Source: Eledone cirrhosa (lineage: Eukaryota). From it: a stretch of 64,000 nucleotides of DNA. Made by a program: the position numbers and the translations under genes. How positions within the stretch are numbered: the first letter of the stretch is position 1; each line of letters opens with the position of its first letter. The notes below the pieces were generated by a model. It was not told the origin of the DNA, did not search any database, and was given only the letters and a program-made list of their open reading frames with translations. Positions 12,928-29,038 of the stretch are shown one piece after another. The stretch is from positions 289,230,001-289,294,000 of the forward strand of contig OZ024743.1 in the NCBI GenBank assembly GCA_964016885.1, written 5' to 3'.

Positions 12928-14249
12928 AACTCGAGAAACTAACAAAATCCAATGTATGTGCACATATATATATATATATACATGTAATTATGTATATATA
13001 TATACATAATTACAGCTGAAACACTACATCGCGATATAATATACACACTACCAGTCACAAGCACATACACACAAACAGACACTCATGTATACATCTACAT
13101 ATGTATACATCTACATATGTATACATCTACATATGCAGACAGATGTACATATAAAAATACACCAGTCATACGGATACATATGAAATCATAAGAAATAATT
13201 TATATTTATTTACATTTTGATCTTTTTTTCACTACTTGGTGTGACTGTTGGATTATTAGAATTACTAAAGCTTCGCACAAGAACACATGTAATATATCTA
13301 CAGCCTTTTTACGTTCTGAGTTCAAATCCCTCAGAGGTGAATTTCAACTTTTAAACATGGAGGAAAATGTAAACGATATAGTTGTCGACCCTATATTGTG
13401 TTGTCGTTGTATGTGTGCAGAAGAAAGCATATTTTTCTTAATGGTAGAAATATCAGAAACCCTTTGAAAATATATTCTGGGATCATAGAAAATATTTTAT
13501 CTTTTGAAACTTTTAATTGTTAAATTTACATTGTGGGTTTTACGAATTTATGTTTGTTTTTCAGTGGTTTTACAAGGTAAATAAAACTACATGAAGATTT
13601 AAAATTGTGATAAATCAACATCAAATTTCACGAGTTTAGTCCTACACAATTTACACTTTTTGGTGAATGTATTGTTTTGATTGTAACGACTGTTTTACAA
13701 TTGCAGTTTATGAAATGCATGAAAAGTTTAACAGATGTAGGAAGTTTAACGTATGTTATGTAGAAAGAAGGTAAAAAAATAATAAAAGAAGTCTACACGC
13801 ATGCTGTGTAATAATTGATAAACAAAAAATATATTTTGTATCCTTATGGGGCAATTTTCATTCGGGTGAAGATTTAAAAAATGCATTCTAGGAGTTTGCT
13901 TGCCCCTCCAAATGTTGAGTTTGACAGCTTTGTTGATTGATGGCTTCTTAAAGACACGAGAACACACCCTTCTGATTAAATAGATTTCTTTCAAAACAAT
14001 ATCTGGTTTAATAAGAAAAAAAGTGTTTTCTTCAAAACGGTGAGCCTCATCTCATGATTCTTGGGTGAATTTGAAATTAATGTTTCGCGCCCCGGAAGAA
14101 ACCTGTTATAGGCTATTTGTAACTGTGTTTCATTGCCTTACATGATGAAATGGTATGTTTATTTAAAACTGATGTTATGTCTAAAATTTCGATTTTCTTT
14201 TATTCTTTTGTTTTTTGCATTTACTCGTTTATTTATGTGGAATTCTCTT

Positions 14250-15960
14250 CTATATTTTCTAATTCAGTCGTGTTTAGAGTTAAATTATATTTCTTAACAT
14301 AATTTCATTAAAACTCTTAGATTGATCCGAAGTATTCCCAATATATTGCTATACTGGTAGAATTTGGCAATTTGGACATTTGTTTAACAGATGTAGGAAG
14401 TGACATATACCCGTATGTTATGTCATCCTAAAATGTGACTTGCAGGTATTTGATTGATACTAGAGTCCCTTATCTGTTGACAATAAATAGACATTCTCTT
14501 TGTCAGCGGTAGTCGTATTTGTCGTATGTAATCCTCATTGCACCCATTAATATCATAAATTAAATTTCTTGTTGCACAGGTGAAATGATTCTTTGTGGTA
14601 AATATTTACCCTGGGTTTCAATAAGATTAATGCAGATTCCTTAGATTGGCCACGCCTTTTGACTGTTGAGGCTGTATTTTAAGGGGTGGGGAGGGAGGGA
14701 TAATTGTGGCACTGGTAAGTGATTTTTTAAAAGGATGTTGGTTGTATTTTACTTTTAATTGTTTTGTGTGTTTCGAGTGCTTCATTTTGTCTTGGGCATT
14801 TCCTCTATAATGGAATTTCCTGATGCTTCTGTATTTCTTGGGTTGTGGGTTGACATATTAGGTATATATAAGTACTGAGAACATTTAAAATGATACTTCA
14901 TTTTTGTAATTGAATGTCTATTGTCATGCACGTATTATACCGTTATTAAGCAACGTTATTGTGTATTATCTTTAGGGTAATATACACTTAGTTCTTGAAT
15001 TCGTTTATCTCGTGTTTCGAAATTAGATACAACTGTGCATATTTGTCTTACAAATTAAAATATGTATTTGTATGTTTTAGATGGCATGAAGAATATAACA
15101 GATATTAGGTTGAGTATGTTGGTCTGAAGTAGATATCAGTTTCGATGTTTTTGTTCCTTTAATGATTACATACATTGTGATGATGTCGTGGGGGCGGTGT
15201 AGTGGCATACATCGTTTCTTCGGCACTTTTTAAGCCGGACGGTGCCCATCTCCTCTCCAGGTCTGAATACCCTACATTTCCTCAAGAGAAGGATAGAGAG
15301 AGAGAGAGTGATATAGAGGAAGAATCGACCCAAGTACTAGATTGGTACTATTTGATTGACCTCGAAAGGACGAAAGGCAAAATTGACCTCGATGTGACTT
15401 GAATTCAGATAGCAGAGACCTGGATCGAATACCGCAGAGCATTCCATCCGACGTTCTTATGATTTTGCAATTTGTCATCTGCTTTTAACGATTAGTATAT
15501 CCAAAAAGATTTGTTGTGTTAACTATATTCCATTGTAAATTCGATAGTGAGCTTTGTACAATTGATTAAATGTTGGGACTCTTTGGGTTGATTAGAATAG
15601 AGTATCCACATAACTGAACACTCATCCAAATAAAGTAACTAAATGATGAATCTGAATTTATGTAATAGCAACAGCTTGAGGTTGTGGTTTAATCCTGCGG
15701 CGAAATCCATATCGTCAAGGGAAGAGACCTTCTACATTCAGTTACTTAACGCCAATAAAACCGGGATAATCTTCAGCCAGATAAGCTCCGGGTTTGGAAA
15801 AGATTTCATTCTCAGCCTTTTAACAAACGCTTTAGTCGTAGAAATACAGCGAAAAGGCCTAGAGTTCAGCTTCAAACAGAGTCGTATAGGTATTATCTAA
15901 AATAAACTCTTAGCGTCTGTTCTTCAACTTAAACCATTTAACAAAACAATTTGAAGTTAT
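14250..15960 (-). mobile_element. Degraded Penelope-like RT, interrupted by a SINE
   Basis: Minus-strand remnants in correct order: YLDECSVMW (YxDD), IEFTMEYS, FLDILIVK, then after the SINE NIETDIYFRPTYST*YLLYSSCHLKHT and RQICTVVSNFETRDKRIQEL. Confidence 0.75.
15190..15475 (-). mobile_element. tRNA-derived SINE nested in PLE RT
   Basis: Family A-like core (gacctcgaaaggacgaaaggcaaaattgacctcg); tail shared with 1440-1680. Confidence 0.65.
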
Positions 15961-16957
15961 AATTTCATACATTATTTTCCCCATCATTTCGTAGATTTAT
16001 TAATTTTATTTCATTTGTTTGTATCATCATCATCATCATCGTCGTCGTCGTCGATATTGTTGTTGTCTTTGTTGTAATTGTTGCTGTTGTTGCTGCTGTT
16101 GTTATTGCTGTTGTTATTGTTTTTGTTATTATTACTTACATCAGTTTATTATTCACACACATCTTCGGGGGAATTTCTTTTATATTTTTTAAAAGAATAT
16201 TTCAAGAAAGTATATAGCAGTATAAAAGAAAACTATAGATATGAATTCACAAAGTAAACAAAGTAGAGAAAATAAACTAATATATTGATGCAATGAACAG
16301 CCGATGGATGGCTTGCCTTCATATGTGAAACTACTTAAATTAACTGAAAACAAGTTTACATACATTGATAAGTAAATAAGCTTGCTTATGGGCAAGAAAT
16401 CGACATGAAACGTATTCTGACAACTTGAAAGAGGCTCTCATTTTTTTTTCCTTACTAAAAATATAGTACCCGTGGCTTCGCTTTTTTTAAATGCTTGTAT
16501 TTTTATGTTAACGTTTTTTGACCTCTATAGAATGAAAGTATATTAAAAATGATATTTATTTTCATAAACAATACATATTTTTCATATATATCTTAGATTA
16601 TTATTTTTGCTTTACTTCGAAATGTCACTCGTGTTTTCTTTATGATCATGATAATGTCTTTATCGGTGTTAAAATGATTTCAAATGAGTGATTTAACTAC
16701 TAACAAAACGCCCTCATCAAAGGAGTTACAGCAATGACTGCGTCTTACGAAGACGGCTGTGAGTCGATAGGGTGTCAATTTAATGACACTAAGAACTACT
16801 ACTGGTTCAAACCGTATTATCCCACGAAATATCGTCCTGGTGACAAGAAACTTTATAATGTATCTTTTAGGTAGTAATTTGGGAGGATCAGGTTTTTTTA
16901 CGGATTAATTTTTTAGTTGAATACATAATCATATATTTAATAAATTAACTAATTAAT

Positions 16958-17872
16958 AAAGAATATAGATCTTGGCAATACTCCCACGATTTCTCGAAGA
17001 CCTACCGTAGTGTGAATATTTGGTTGACTGTGATGCGTACGGGACGAAAACCACAATGTTCATCAGTTAGCTTGGAATCGACAATCTTCCTACATCTCTT
17101 TGCCAGATACTTAGCATAAACTATACCGGGAACGCTTAACAAGGAGATCCCTCTGTAATTGGAACAACCTCTCTTTCTCTCCTTTTGAAAATTGGGATTA
17201 TCACTCCCGATTGCCATTGTTTAGGTGACTTTCAAGAGATCTAGGCCACCCGGCACACATGAGTCAACCAGAGAATACCTTCTCTATTTTGGGCTTTTAA
17301 CATCTCGGACCGGATTTAATCATCCCCTGGGCCCTTTCCCCATTTGAGCTCTTTAACTGCTCTTGTGACCTCAGACTCTGAGAGACTAGTAAACACTCCC
17401 AGCTGCAGCTTGAAAAGGGGAGGAAGGCGTAAAAGCGAAACTCTCTATCTTCAATTCGGTATTCGTGCCAACCCTTACATCTGGGCATGCATCGTGGGTA
17501 ATGACCGAAAGAATACGATCGCGAATACAAGCGGCCGAAATGGGGTTCCTCCTAAGGGTCTTTGGAGTAACGTTACTTGATAAAGTGTGTAGCTCGGAGA
17601 CCAGAGCGTCACTCCAGGTAGAGCCGCTACTTCTCCCAATTGAGAGATCACAGCTCGGATACTATGGACCTGGAGTTAGAATGTCTCAGGAAAATATCGT
17701 TGGACAGATTTTACAGACAAAACAAATTGGTAGGAGACCCAGGCATAGACCCCAAGCAAGATATTTGGATAACAGTCATAATCTTTGCTGGTCTCGCTTG
17801 ACAGGACCCGCTGTAAGGAGTGTTTGAGGACCCTTCCTCGACGGCCCTCTCAGGAATAAGTGGGCGAAGAAG
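16958..17872 (+). mobile_element. RTE LINE copy with inverted 5' segment and 11-bp TSD
   Basis: Minus 16958-~17400: CSNYRGISLLSVPGIVYAK..CGFRP..QIFTLR. Plus ~17400-17827: PTLTSGHASWVMTERIRSRIQAAEMGFL..GRRPRHRP. gaagaag tail. TSD aactaattaat at 16947-16957 and 17873-17883. Confidence 0.9.
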
Positions 17873-19127
17873 AACTAATTAATCAATCTGTTTTTAAGAG
17901 TTATTTTGTCACAACCTGTTACCTTATTGATCACGATCTGCCCATTATGCGCTATCACATCTCCAGCACTTAACACGCCTCTGTGTTCGTTTCTCAAATT
18001 CCATTAAATGGATTGATGAATAATAAAGCTGAAGTTTAAAACAAGTGTTTGATTTTTATACTATATCCCTATCAAATTGCAACAATATCTGTTTCAACAG
18101 ACAATTTCACATAAAAACAAAATAGTGGAAAACAAATGCTAAAATAAAACTGTATTCTTATTAACCAAACTAATAACAAAGTAATCCTTCACCAGAGTAA
18201 CGATATTTCTCGCTGGCAATAATTAAAGAGTTTGCCCAGTTAAAATACAAATATAATCTGATTTGCAGCATTGTGATATTAGTGTTTTGAGAGGAGGATT
18301 CCAGCATTTTTCCCAATTTACTGAAGGGAAATTTATATCATTTTGATTCGCTGTGGTTTTGACCATTTCATTTCTATTCAGTATGGCGTTATCATGTATT
18401 CTCACGCGATATTTCCATACTTCACTTTGCCGAGATGTTGACAGTTAATAAATTCAGATTAAAATTGCAATTCTAACGTTTTAACGTAAGATTTTAACAT
18501 TGTAACACCACAAAAGTCTAGCGGACAAGCAAATGACTAGGTCACATGTTAAAAGAGAGGCAGTTGAGATGATAGGTAAATTACATTTAGATACTATGAT
18601 AATATGAGAAAAATGCATACTAAGTATATAGTAGAAGAATGAATAAAACAACACCAAATCCATTACTAATAAAGTAATTTAAAAAATCAGCGTCCCCTCA
18701 TAAAATGGGTGAAATTCTAAATGTCGAGTCTGGGTAATGATGGGGGTTTTTAAGTACTGTCATTTAAAGTACAAAAAACTTATACGCATATATGAAAAAG
18801 AGAAACTTGAAAATATGTAACTAGAAGACAGTAGTGTTTGCAAACAACACATGCACACACAGAGACACACACACACACACGCACGCACACATAGACGCAA
18901 CACACACACACATATATATATTTTTGTGCTTGTGTGTGTGTGTGTGTGTGATATCTATCTTTCTCTCTCACTTTCTCTCTCTCACTCACTCATTCTCTCT
19001 TTGTCTGTCTGTCTCTCTCTATATATACATCTATATATATATATATATACATATATATATTTATATATATATATAATATATATATACATATATAAAGAAA
19101 CTTCTATATATGCATACATTCATATAT

Positions 19128-19180
<53 letters not shown>

Positions 19181-19489
19181 TATGTGTGAATAGTGTATGT
19201 TGGTGTTTACTTACATTCATATCCATACTCCCAGTGCCACAGAAACACATCCATATTCACATAACATATACGCATCTTTCCCTTCCATTCGCTTGACAGA
19301 TTTTCATATATTCTCACGGATATTGAATATTTTGACCGGATATCATGAATTGCTTTTTATGTTCTTTACTGATGTGGGCTTGGCTGGTCCACTATTGTAA
19401 TAGTAAAATATATCCTCCATATGAAATTAAATTGTGCAATACCTCATCATCATTGCCATTTTTCTAATTTTCAAATACTACTCACAATG

Positions 19490-19581
<92 letters not shown>

Positions 19582-19596
19582 TGTGTGTGTGTGTGT

Positions 19597-19885
19597 CTGG
19601 TCGGTGAATGTGGCAAAGATGGCCCGAGTGATTGGGCCTTCTCTCTATATAAGCCTGTAGGTTGAGGAAAAAGAGGAAAAAGAGGAACACCAAGAGTGGT
19701 GCTCCTGGAGATGAGGGTTGTACATTTTTTCGGGGTGTGTACAACCCCTGTGTAACGCCTCCCCCTATAGGGGATTTCAATTGTTATTTGTTATTTATTT
19801 AATAGTTTTATTTTCATATACCTGTATGTAAACTCCCCATTTGTATTTGTCCCCTTCTTTTGTGCCCTTGTGGCTAATAAAAAAT
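19597..19885 (+). mobile_element. L1/Tx1-like LINE 3' end next to (TG)n
   Basis: WSVNVAKMARVIGPSLYISL* followed by a UTR with a hairpin and aataaa; homologous to the 1922 and 7605 copies. Confidence 0.55.
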
Positions 19886-19965
19886 GTATCTATCTATATA
19901 TATGTATATATATGTGTGTGTATATATACATATGTATGTATATATATATATACATGTATATATAT

Positions 19966-20147
19966 GACAAAGAAAGTGTGGTAAGAAACCAGGTGGACCA
20001 TAACGCACCAGCGTACTCGATACTTAGGGTACTAGAGTGGGTAATAGGAAAAGAGTCAGGACCCCGACGGCTGAGCTCCGACCATTTCGACAGGTAGATC
20101 CGAAACGGCCGGAGCTCAGCCGTCGGGGTCCTGACTATTTTCCTATA
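19966..20147 (-). mobile_element. Family F element with fold-back end
   Basis: Inverted arms 20044-20089 / 20101-20146; TA tracts on both sides. Confidence 0.85.
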
Positions 20148-20150
20148 TGA

Positions 20151-20182
<32 letters not shown>

Positions 20183-20201
20183 GTATATATATATGTATAT
20201 A

Positions 20202-20310
<109 letters not shown>

Positions 20311-21439
20311 GTGTGTGTGGGGGGGGGGGTAGATCATGCACCAGAAGCCACGCTCTGGGTGACTATTAATTTTTTTATTAATTAAATACTACTTTTTTTT
20401 CCTACTGTATCTAAGAATGGTATTCCTGACATGCAGACGCATTATCTCCCCTGCTTTTTAAGAGTTACTCAGTAATTCTATTTCGTTCTGGTGACTCGTG
20501 TATGTATCTTAAATTCACCTACTCTTGATGTCGACGTTTATGGTGATGATAGTAGATTTAGCAAACGATATGATAGCGAAGGTAGCAATGTCCTTGTTTT
20601 GGTTTAGTTGATCATGTGGAAATAAATAGTCTGTATGTGAATTTGATCATAGTAATTAAGAATATGCATCAAATGAAACTTTAAAGTACTACATTTGTAA
20701 CCAGTATTCTCTCTAAAAACTGGTCTGAAGATAATTACCTTCTTGCTTAGTCACAATCTCGTGGGCCCCGAAAGAGGTTCTGAGCGTTGCCACTCTTCCT
20801 ACAATTTCGTCATGTAAAACAGTAATTTAAATTTAGTGATAGCGATTTCAATTATAATCGTATGATGCTCTGTTTTGCGTAAAGGGAATTCGTCGCAATG
20901 ATACAAACACTGGTAGTGGTTGTAATGGTTCTGATGATGCTTATTATAATGGCTGTGGAAATGGTGGTTTTGTTTGTATTAGATAAGATGATGTTAGTAA
21001 CATTTTTAGGGATGGATGGAAATATAAATATCGTGTTTGTGCACTTCCTAGTCTCACCCCTTTTTTCGAAATATTCCCGATTCACCCCACACATCGATCA
21101 ATCAAGCCACTCACTAATCCAAAAGACCACCCACTTATATTTTATAATGTTTTCTATTTTTTCCCGTCAGGCACAATATTTTCGTCTACACCCTACACCC
21201 ACCACTATCATATCTTACTCTCATTAACCACCCAACCCATTATTATACATTCACCTAGCATAATAAATAATTATCACATGAAAAAGGCTATAAATATATG
21301 GAGGTATAGTTTAATCGTTTGAATCAACTTCATCGCTACAGAAAAATAAAAGTCAACATTTTACCCCGTCAGATTTTGAACGTAGAAGTAAAAGAAAACA
21401 AACATTAAATACCGATTTTGTGGTACATTGCCATATAAA

Positions 21440-21765
21440 TAATGGTTTCTGATTTAGGCTCAAGACCAGCAATTTGGGGGAAGGGGAAAGCCGATGAAAT
21501 CGACCCCAGTGCGATACTGGTACTTTGTTTTATCGATCCCGAAGGATACAACGCAAAGCTAACCTCGGTGAGACTTGAACTCAGAACATAAAAGCCGTAA
21601 CTATACTGCAAAGCAGAGTGTCCGACGCACTTTAATAATTGTTTCTACTTTTGGCACAAGGCCAGCAATTATCCCAGTGCATTACTGGTGTTCGGCGGGA
21701 TTTGAACTCAGACCGAAAAGGGACGCAACTCTATGCTGCAAAGCATGGTGCCCGACTCTCGACCA
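21440..21765 (-). mobile_element. Two tandem family A SINEs (second internally deleted)
   Basis: Both show the aaggccagcaatt / ctggtacttt / ttgaactcag motifs. Confidence 0.8.
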
Positions 21766-21960
21766 ATACTACCCCGTCGAAAGAAATGGAATTTTCAAAA
21801 AGAGACGTGCTTTGATAATTCATATTTTCCACACATATTTCCTATTTGTTTTTTTTTATAAATTTATATTTTACTGTCTATGTAGTTGTTTTTTATGAAT
21901 CAAAGTACAATTATAACCATTTCATGTTCTATCTGTTAGTCTAAATGTCTGCAGAATAAA

Positions 21961-21993
<33 letters not shown>

Positions 21994-22021
21994 TGATTAT
22001 ATATATATATATATATATATC

Positions 22022-22421
22022 ATAAAGAGCCGAGACACGACGGCTGAGCTCCTGCCATTTCAACAGCTAGTTCCAGACTCTTTATAATAAAACCATACTC
22101 TACTACCCCATGTATTGACTGGTCTAACAACTTCCAAACTGAATCTTGATTTATATATATAAGTATATATATATATATATATAACGAAGGAAATATGGTA
22201 AGGATCCAGGTGGACCATAACGCACCAGAGTAATCGATACTTTAGGTTGTAGAGTGGGTAATAGGAAAATGTTCAGGACCCCGACGGCAGAGCTCAAGCC
22301 GATTCGACGGCTATTTTCTGGATGGATTGATGAAAGAAATACTTGTAAGAAATTTCTGAGTCCAGAAATACCCGTCGAAACAGCTTGAGCTCTGCCGTCG
22401 GGGTCCTGAACCTTTTCCTAT
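22022..22421 (-). mobile_element. Two family F elements (22022-22145 fragment; 22183-22421 with fold-back)
   Basis: Arms 22261-22322 / 22361-22422; homology to the 11861 and 19966 copies; separated and flanked by (TA)n. Confidence 0.8.
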
Positions 22422-23288
22422 ATATATATATATATATACATATATCAGTCTATCTATTTGTCTATCTATCGATATGTCTCTCTGTCTAATTATCAATATT
22501 TCATTCCGATGTCTTTCACCCGTTGTTGCTATACTACGTCTGTCCTTCATTCATCTTTTCTGGTCTGCGTATTTCATTCGTCCGTCTATTCCAGCTTCTA
22601 TCGTTCATCAGATATTCTGACAAGTATTTCTTTCATCAGCCCTTCCTTGATTATATGTTTCGTTAATCTTTCTGGCTTATATCATTGTTTCACCCCCTTT
22701 GCTGGCTAACGTATTCCTTTTTTTTTCTATTTTCTATCTTACGTATTTTTTCATTTGCCTTTCGCTATATGTGTTTCTTTCATCCGCTTCCTTTTCTGCT
22801 CTATATGCTTCATTCTTAAAATGTTCATTCCTAAGTCATTTATGTCTTATATCCTTTTGTTCGTCTTGTTTTATTAAGTATTTCTGCCGTACGTATTTCC
22901 ACTACATAACTCCCTGTTTTACGATAGTTTGCCATATGTTTCTCAGTCTTACGCCTTTCCCCCTATTCTATAATTTCCTTATATTTCTCCACGCCATCTT
23001 TGTTAAGATTTTTTTCTTATTCTTATCATTGTTTGTTATTTTGTTTACATTTCTTCGTTTACCCGCCTCTCCTTCCATTTCCAACACATTTCACCACTGT
23101 CCGTTCTTATTAAATATTTGTCAGATGATATCATATCTCCGCTGTTATCATCGTTATTGTCAGAATTAAATATATAATTAAATATATATTACGAAAAACG
23201 AAATACAAACAGAAAAAAAAATAATTAAAGAAATAAAGAAACGATTATTATTATCACAATAATTGGTATTATTATTTTATTATTATTT

Positions 23289-23701
<413 letters not shown>

Positions 23702-23904
23702 GTTTATTTTTGTAGTGCGTCTTTTAACGTAATTTCCAAAGGCATTTAATCTGGTAAATTTAATTTGACACAATCTACAGCTCAGTTAGGATAGCTATCT
23801 GTCGATCAGTCACGGCCACACATACTTATTCTCAAGTCAGCCTCTCCTCTTCTTTCCCTCCCCTCTCCCCACCCTCTACCTCTCTCTCTCTATCTGATGA
23901 TCTA

Positions 23905-23938
<34 letters not shown>

Positions 23939-24036
23939 TATGTATGTAGGTATACATCCATCATTCTCAAGTTATCTTCTCTATTTCCATGACTATTTTT
24001 TTATCGGCATTGCATCATTTACGCATTTATTTTCCA

Positions 24037-24221
<185 letters not shown>

Positions 24222-24223
24222 TG

Positions 24224-24287
<64 letters not shown>

Positions 24288-24289
24288 TG

Positions 24290-24324
<35 letters not shown>

Positions 24325-24825
24325 GAGTATTTATGAAATCAATGTTGTTAGCCTAACTGCCACACACATCGATTTGACTAAGGTTGAATGTCCATTCACT
24401 CAATGAAAACAAATTCAGAATTGTTCTGATCGGAGTGGAATTAATGGATATAATAGATAGACAACGGTTCCCGAAAAAAAAACAAGAAGTATTTAATTAA
24501 TAATTAGTTAATAGTCACCCAGAGCGTAGCTTCTGGTGCATGATCTACCGTCATATTGCATTCACATGCATCTCTATAGTAAAAAAAATATGCATCTTTT
24601 GGTTTCAGAGACGATGTAGCTCAAGGGTTGAATCACTAAGTCGGAGTGTGATTATTTGGAGCGGCTGCGGCCGACCACATTCTTTTCCGTCTATAGGGTT
24701 ATTTTTGCAATATGCAAATCTATTGTCATGGTAAGCAACTGTAGTTGTTTATATTTTGTGCGTTTCGGATTCCTACATCTAAGAATTTTAAATCTAATCA
24801 AACGCTTCGATACTTCATATTTACA

Positions 24826-26285
<1,460 letters not shown>

Positions 26286-26314
26286 ACACATATATATATA
26301 TATATATATGTGTG

Positions 26315-26570
26315 TGAGTTAGAGCAGTAGGCTTGGAATCGAAAGGTTGTGAGTTCAATTCTCGGACCGGGTGACGTATTTTTTTCCTTGAGCAAGACAC
26401 TTTATTTCACGTTGCTCCAGTTTACTCACCTGAAAATGAGTACCAGCAATGGCGTCCTGTGCTTTTCGCCATGAAACTGGGATAAGCACCGGTCCAATGA
26501 GCCTTCTGGCTTAAGACATACTTTAGACTTACGGCCTGCCTGCCCAGCCAGTGGGATGGCGTCATCATAT
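26315..26570 (+). mobile_element. tRNA-derived SINE family B
   Basis: B-box gagttcaattc, ccttgagcaagacactttatttcacgttgctc and gccatgaaac.gggataagcaccgg, shared with 62713-62984. Confidence 0.8.
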
Positions 26571-26776
26571 GGCTAAACCAGCATGTACTGGTCGGTCAAG
26601 GTGATCAAGGTGATATATATATATTGTATACGCAATGAGAGAAGGGAGAGAATGGAGAGAGATGCAGTGAACAAGAGAGATAGATAGCTCTGTTCGTGTT
26701 TACTGTGTTGGCTTACTTGAAGCACAGCTGTTCTGTAACACAAGTATATAGTGCATAAACAGTCAAACACACACAG

Positions 26777-26857
<81 letters not shown>

Positions 26858-27384
26858 AGAAAGGGACAGAGAGACAGAAAGACAAACAGATAGATAGATG
26901 TGTATTTGCAATGTAGGCTTAGTAGGAGTACAGCTGTTCTGTAAGGCATATCTGGTTGAATAGTCGACTGGATGTTGAAAATATTTCATACACTTCGTCA
27001 GGTTTGCCAAGTGTACTAGGCGTATAATTAGGGATTCTTGACTCCATTTATCTCACTCAAGTGTGATAAACAGAGTCAAACATCAAATACTTGTATATTT
27101 TCAGCTCCAGTGTTCATACTGAGCGATATTCATCAATGATCAATTAACGTTAATGGCGTCTTGGAATAGGAGTCTGGAAAATAGAGGAGGGTGAAAACAG
27201 TAAAATACGATTTTCTGTGCGGATCACATTTGTTTTTAAAGTGTCAATAATGTAAATGAAGCAGAATCTCCAGTGAAAATGCAACAGATTCCTTGGCATT
27301 TCTACGCCTTCTAGATTTTCAGGGGACACTCTAGGAGCAACGCTAAACAAAGTGATTAATTAGTAACTCACATGTTCCAAATGA

Positions 27385-27700
27385 GGAGACACGTGGCTTA
27401 CTGGTTAGTATGTACACTCCACAATCATATAGTCGTCAGTTCAATTCACGGTGATGCGTCGTATTCTTGAGTACATTATCTTATCTCATATTTCCCCATT
27501 CAATGTAGTTGTAAAGATGTGTGGTACCTGTAATTGTCACACACTCTGTTACGTGACATCTTCCTAAGAACTCCTTTAAGGATACATGTGTCTGTAGAAG
27601 TGTCTGCTAAATAAGCATTAATTTCATTTGCAGGCTCTTCTGTAACTTGCAAACTGGAACACTTGCCATCGGAACTGACGGCTGTCCACAATATTGTTAC
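27385..27700. mobile_element. Degraded SINE head (+, 27385-27500) and SINE tail (-, 27524-27700)
   Basis: tggcttactggttag A-box-like and agttcaattc B-box-like motifs; tail related to 59745-59950. Confidence 0.55.
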
Positions 27701-28005
27701 GTTAATGTAAATGAAAATAACTGCATTTATAAACGCGCACACGCACACACGCACACACACACACACATGTATATATATGCACATATACCTGTGAGAATAT
27801 ATATGCACATACATATTTACGTATATGCCGATCAGGAATTCAATATATATATAAATAAAATACAGGGTCACTTCATTTCCTTAACCATCCAATTCCCTAC
27901 AGTTGTCAATCTAAAACAATTTCCAAATAATATACAATATAAATTTTTAGATATAACACATATTAAGCATGTGATGTACGTGTATATATATATATACATA
28001 TATTA

Positions 28006-28111
<106 letters not shown>

Positions 28112-28854
28112 ATAAGCATTTATCTATAAATTTATGTATGCATATATATGTATATATATATATATATTTGGGTTTCAAAGCGGGATATATATTACATCGT
28201 GGAGGTATGATGGTTGTATTATTACTTATTGTCCCGGATGCTGTTGTGATGGTGCTGGCTGCGCAAGTGTTGGTGATGTTCGTTGTGATTGTTGTCACTG
28301 CTGTTGTTGTGCTGGTGATAGTGCTGTTGGTGCTAATGATGTTGGTACTAGTATATTTGTTTATGTTGATGCTGTGAATGTATGGAATGAAGTTGCTGGT
28401 AGTAGGGAGCAACTTACAAAAGAATTATGCAGAAACATATAAACAGAGAGGAGATAGAGATGCGGAGATAAAAGTAAAAATGAAATGGAGCATGAGTGCG
28501 TGTGCGTGAGAGAGAGATAAAACGGGAAAAGAGAATACAAGAAAAATGGTTTTCAAAATGTCAGTTGGGATTTATTATAGATTTCTTCTAACTTTCAATA
28601 TGTATGGTCACCATTGAAGACTGTACAATCTGCCTACCATTCTTGCTTAATTTTTCATCCAAATATTACACACACACACACAGACACACAAAACACACAC
28701 ACACAGACACACTCACACATACACACACTCACGCCACACACATATATCAATATAAGTTTGTATATATATTATATACTTATATATATAATATATATATATG
28801 TATGTGCGTGTCTGTGTGTGTGTGCTTGCATGCGTGAATGTTTTGTATATATTC

Positions 28855-28888
<34 letters not shown>

Positions 28889-28905
28889 CAAATAGTATAT
28901 ATATA

Positions 28906-28953
<48 letters not shown>

Positions 28954-29007
28954 GGTGTTTGTGTGTATATATAAACACACACGTATACATAATCATCATT
29001 AATTTTT

Positions 29008-29038
<31 letters not shown>

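Noticed and set aside
16450-16950. Helitron-like element starting tacccgtggcttcgc
   Set aside because: The presumed atatagat 3' end actually belongs to the adjacent RTE, and no terminal hairpin was identified.
27634-27706. LRR-like exon (SSVTCKLEHLPSELTAVHNIVTL) with ag/gt ends
   Set aside because: The sequence is the antisense of a SINE tail continuous with 27524-27633 and related to 59745-59950.
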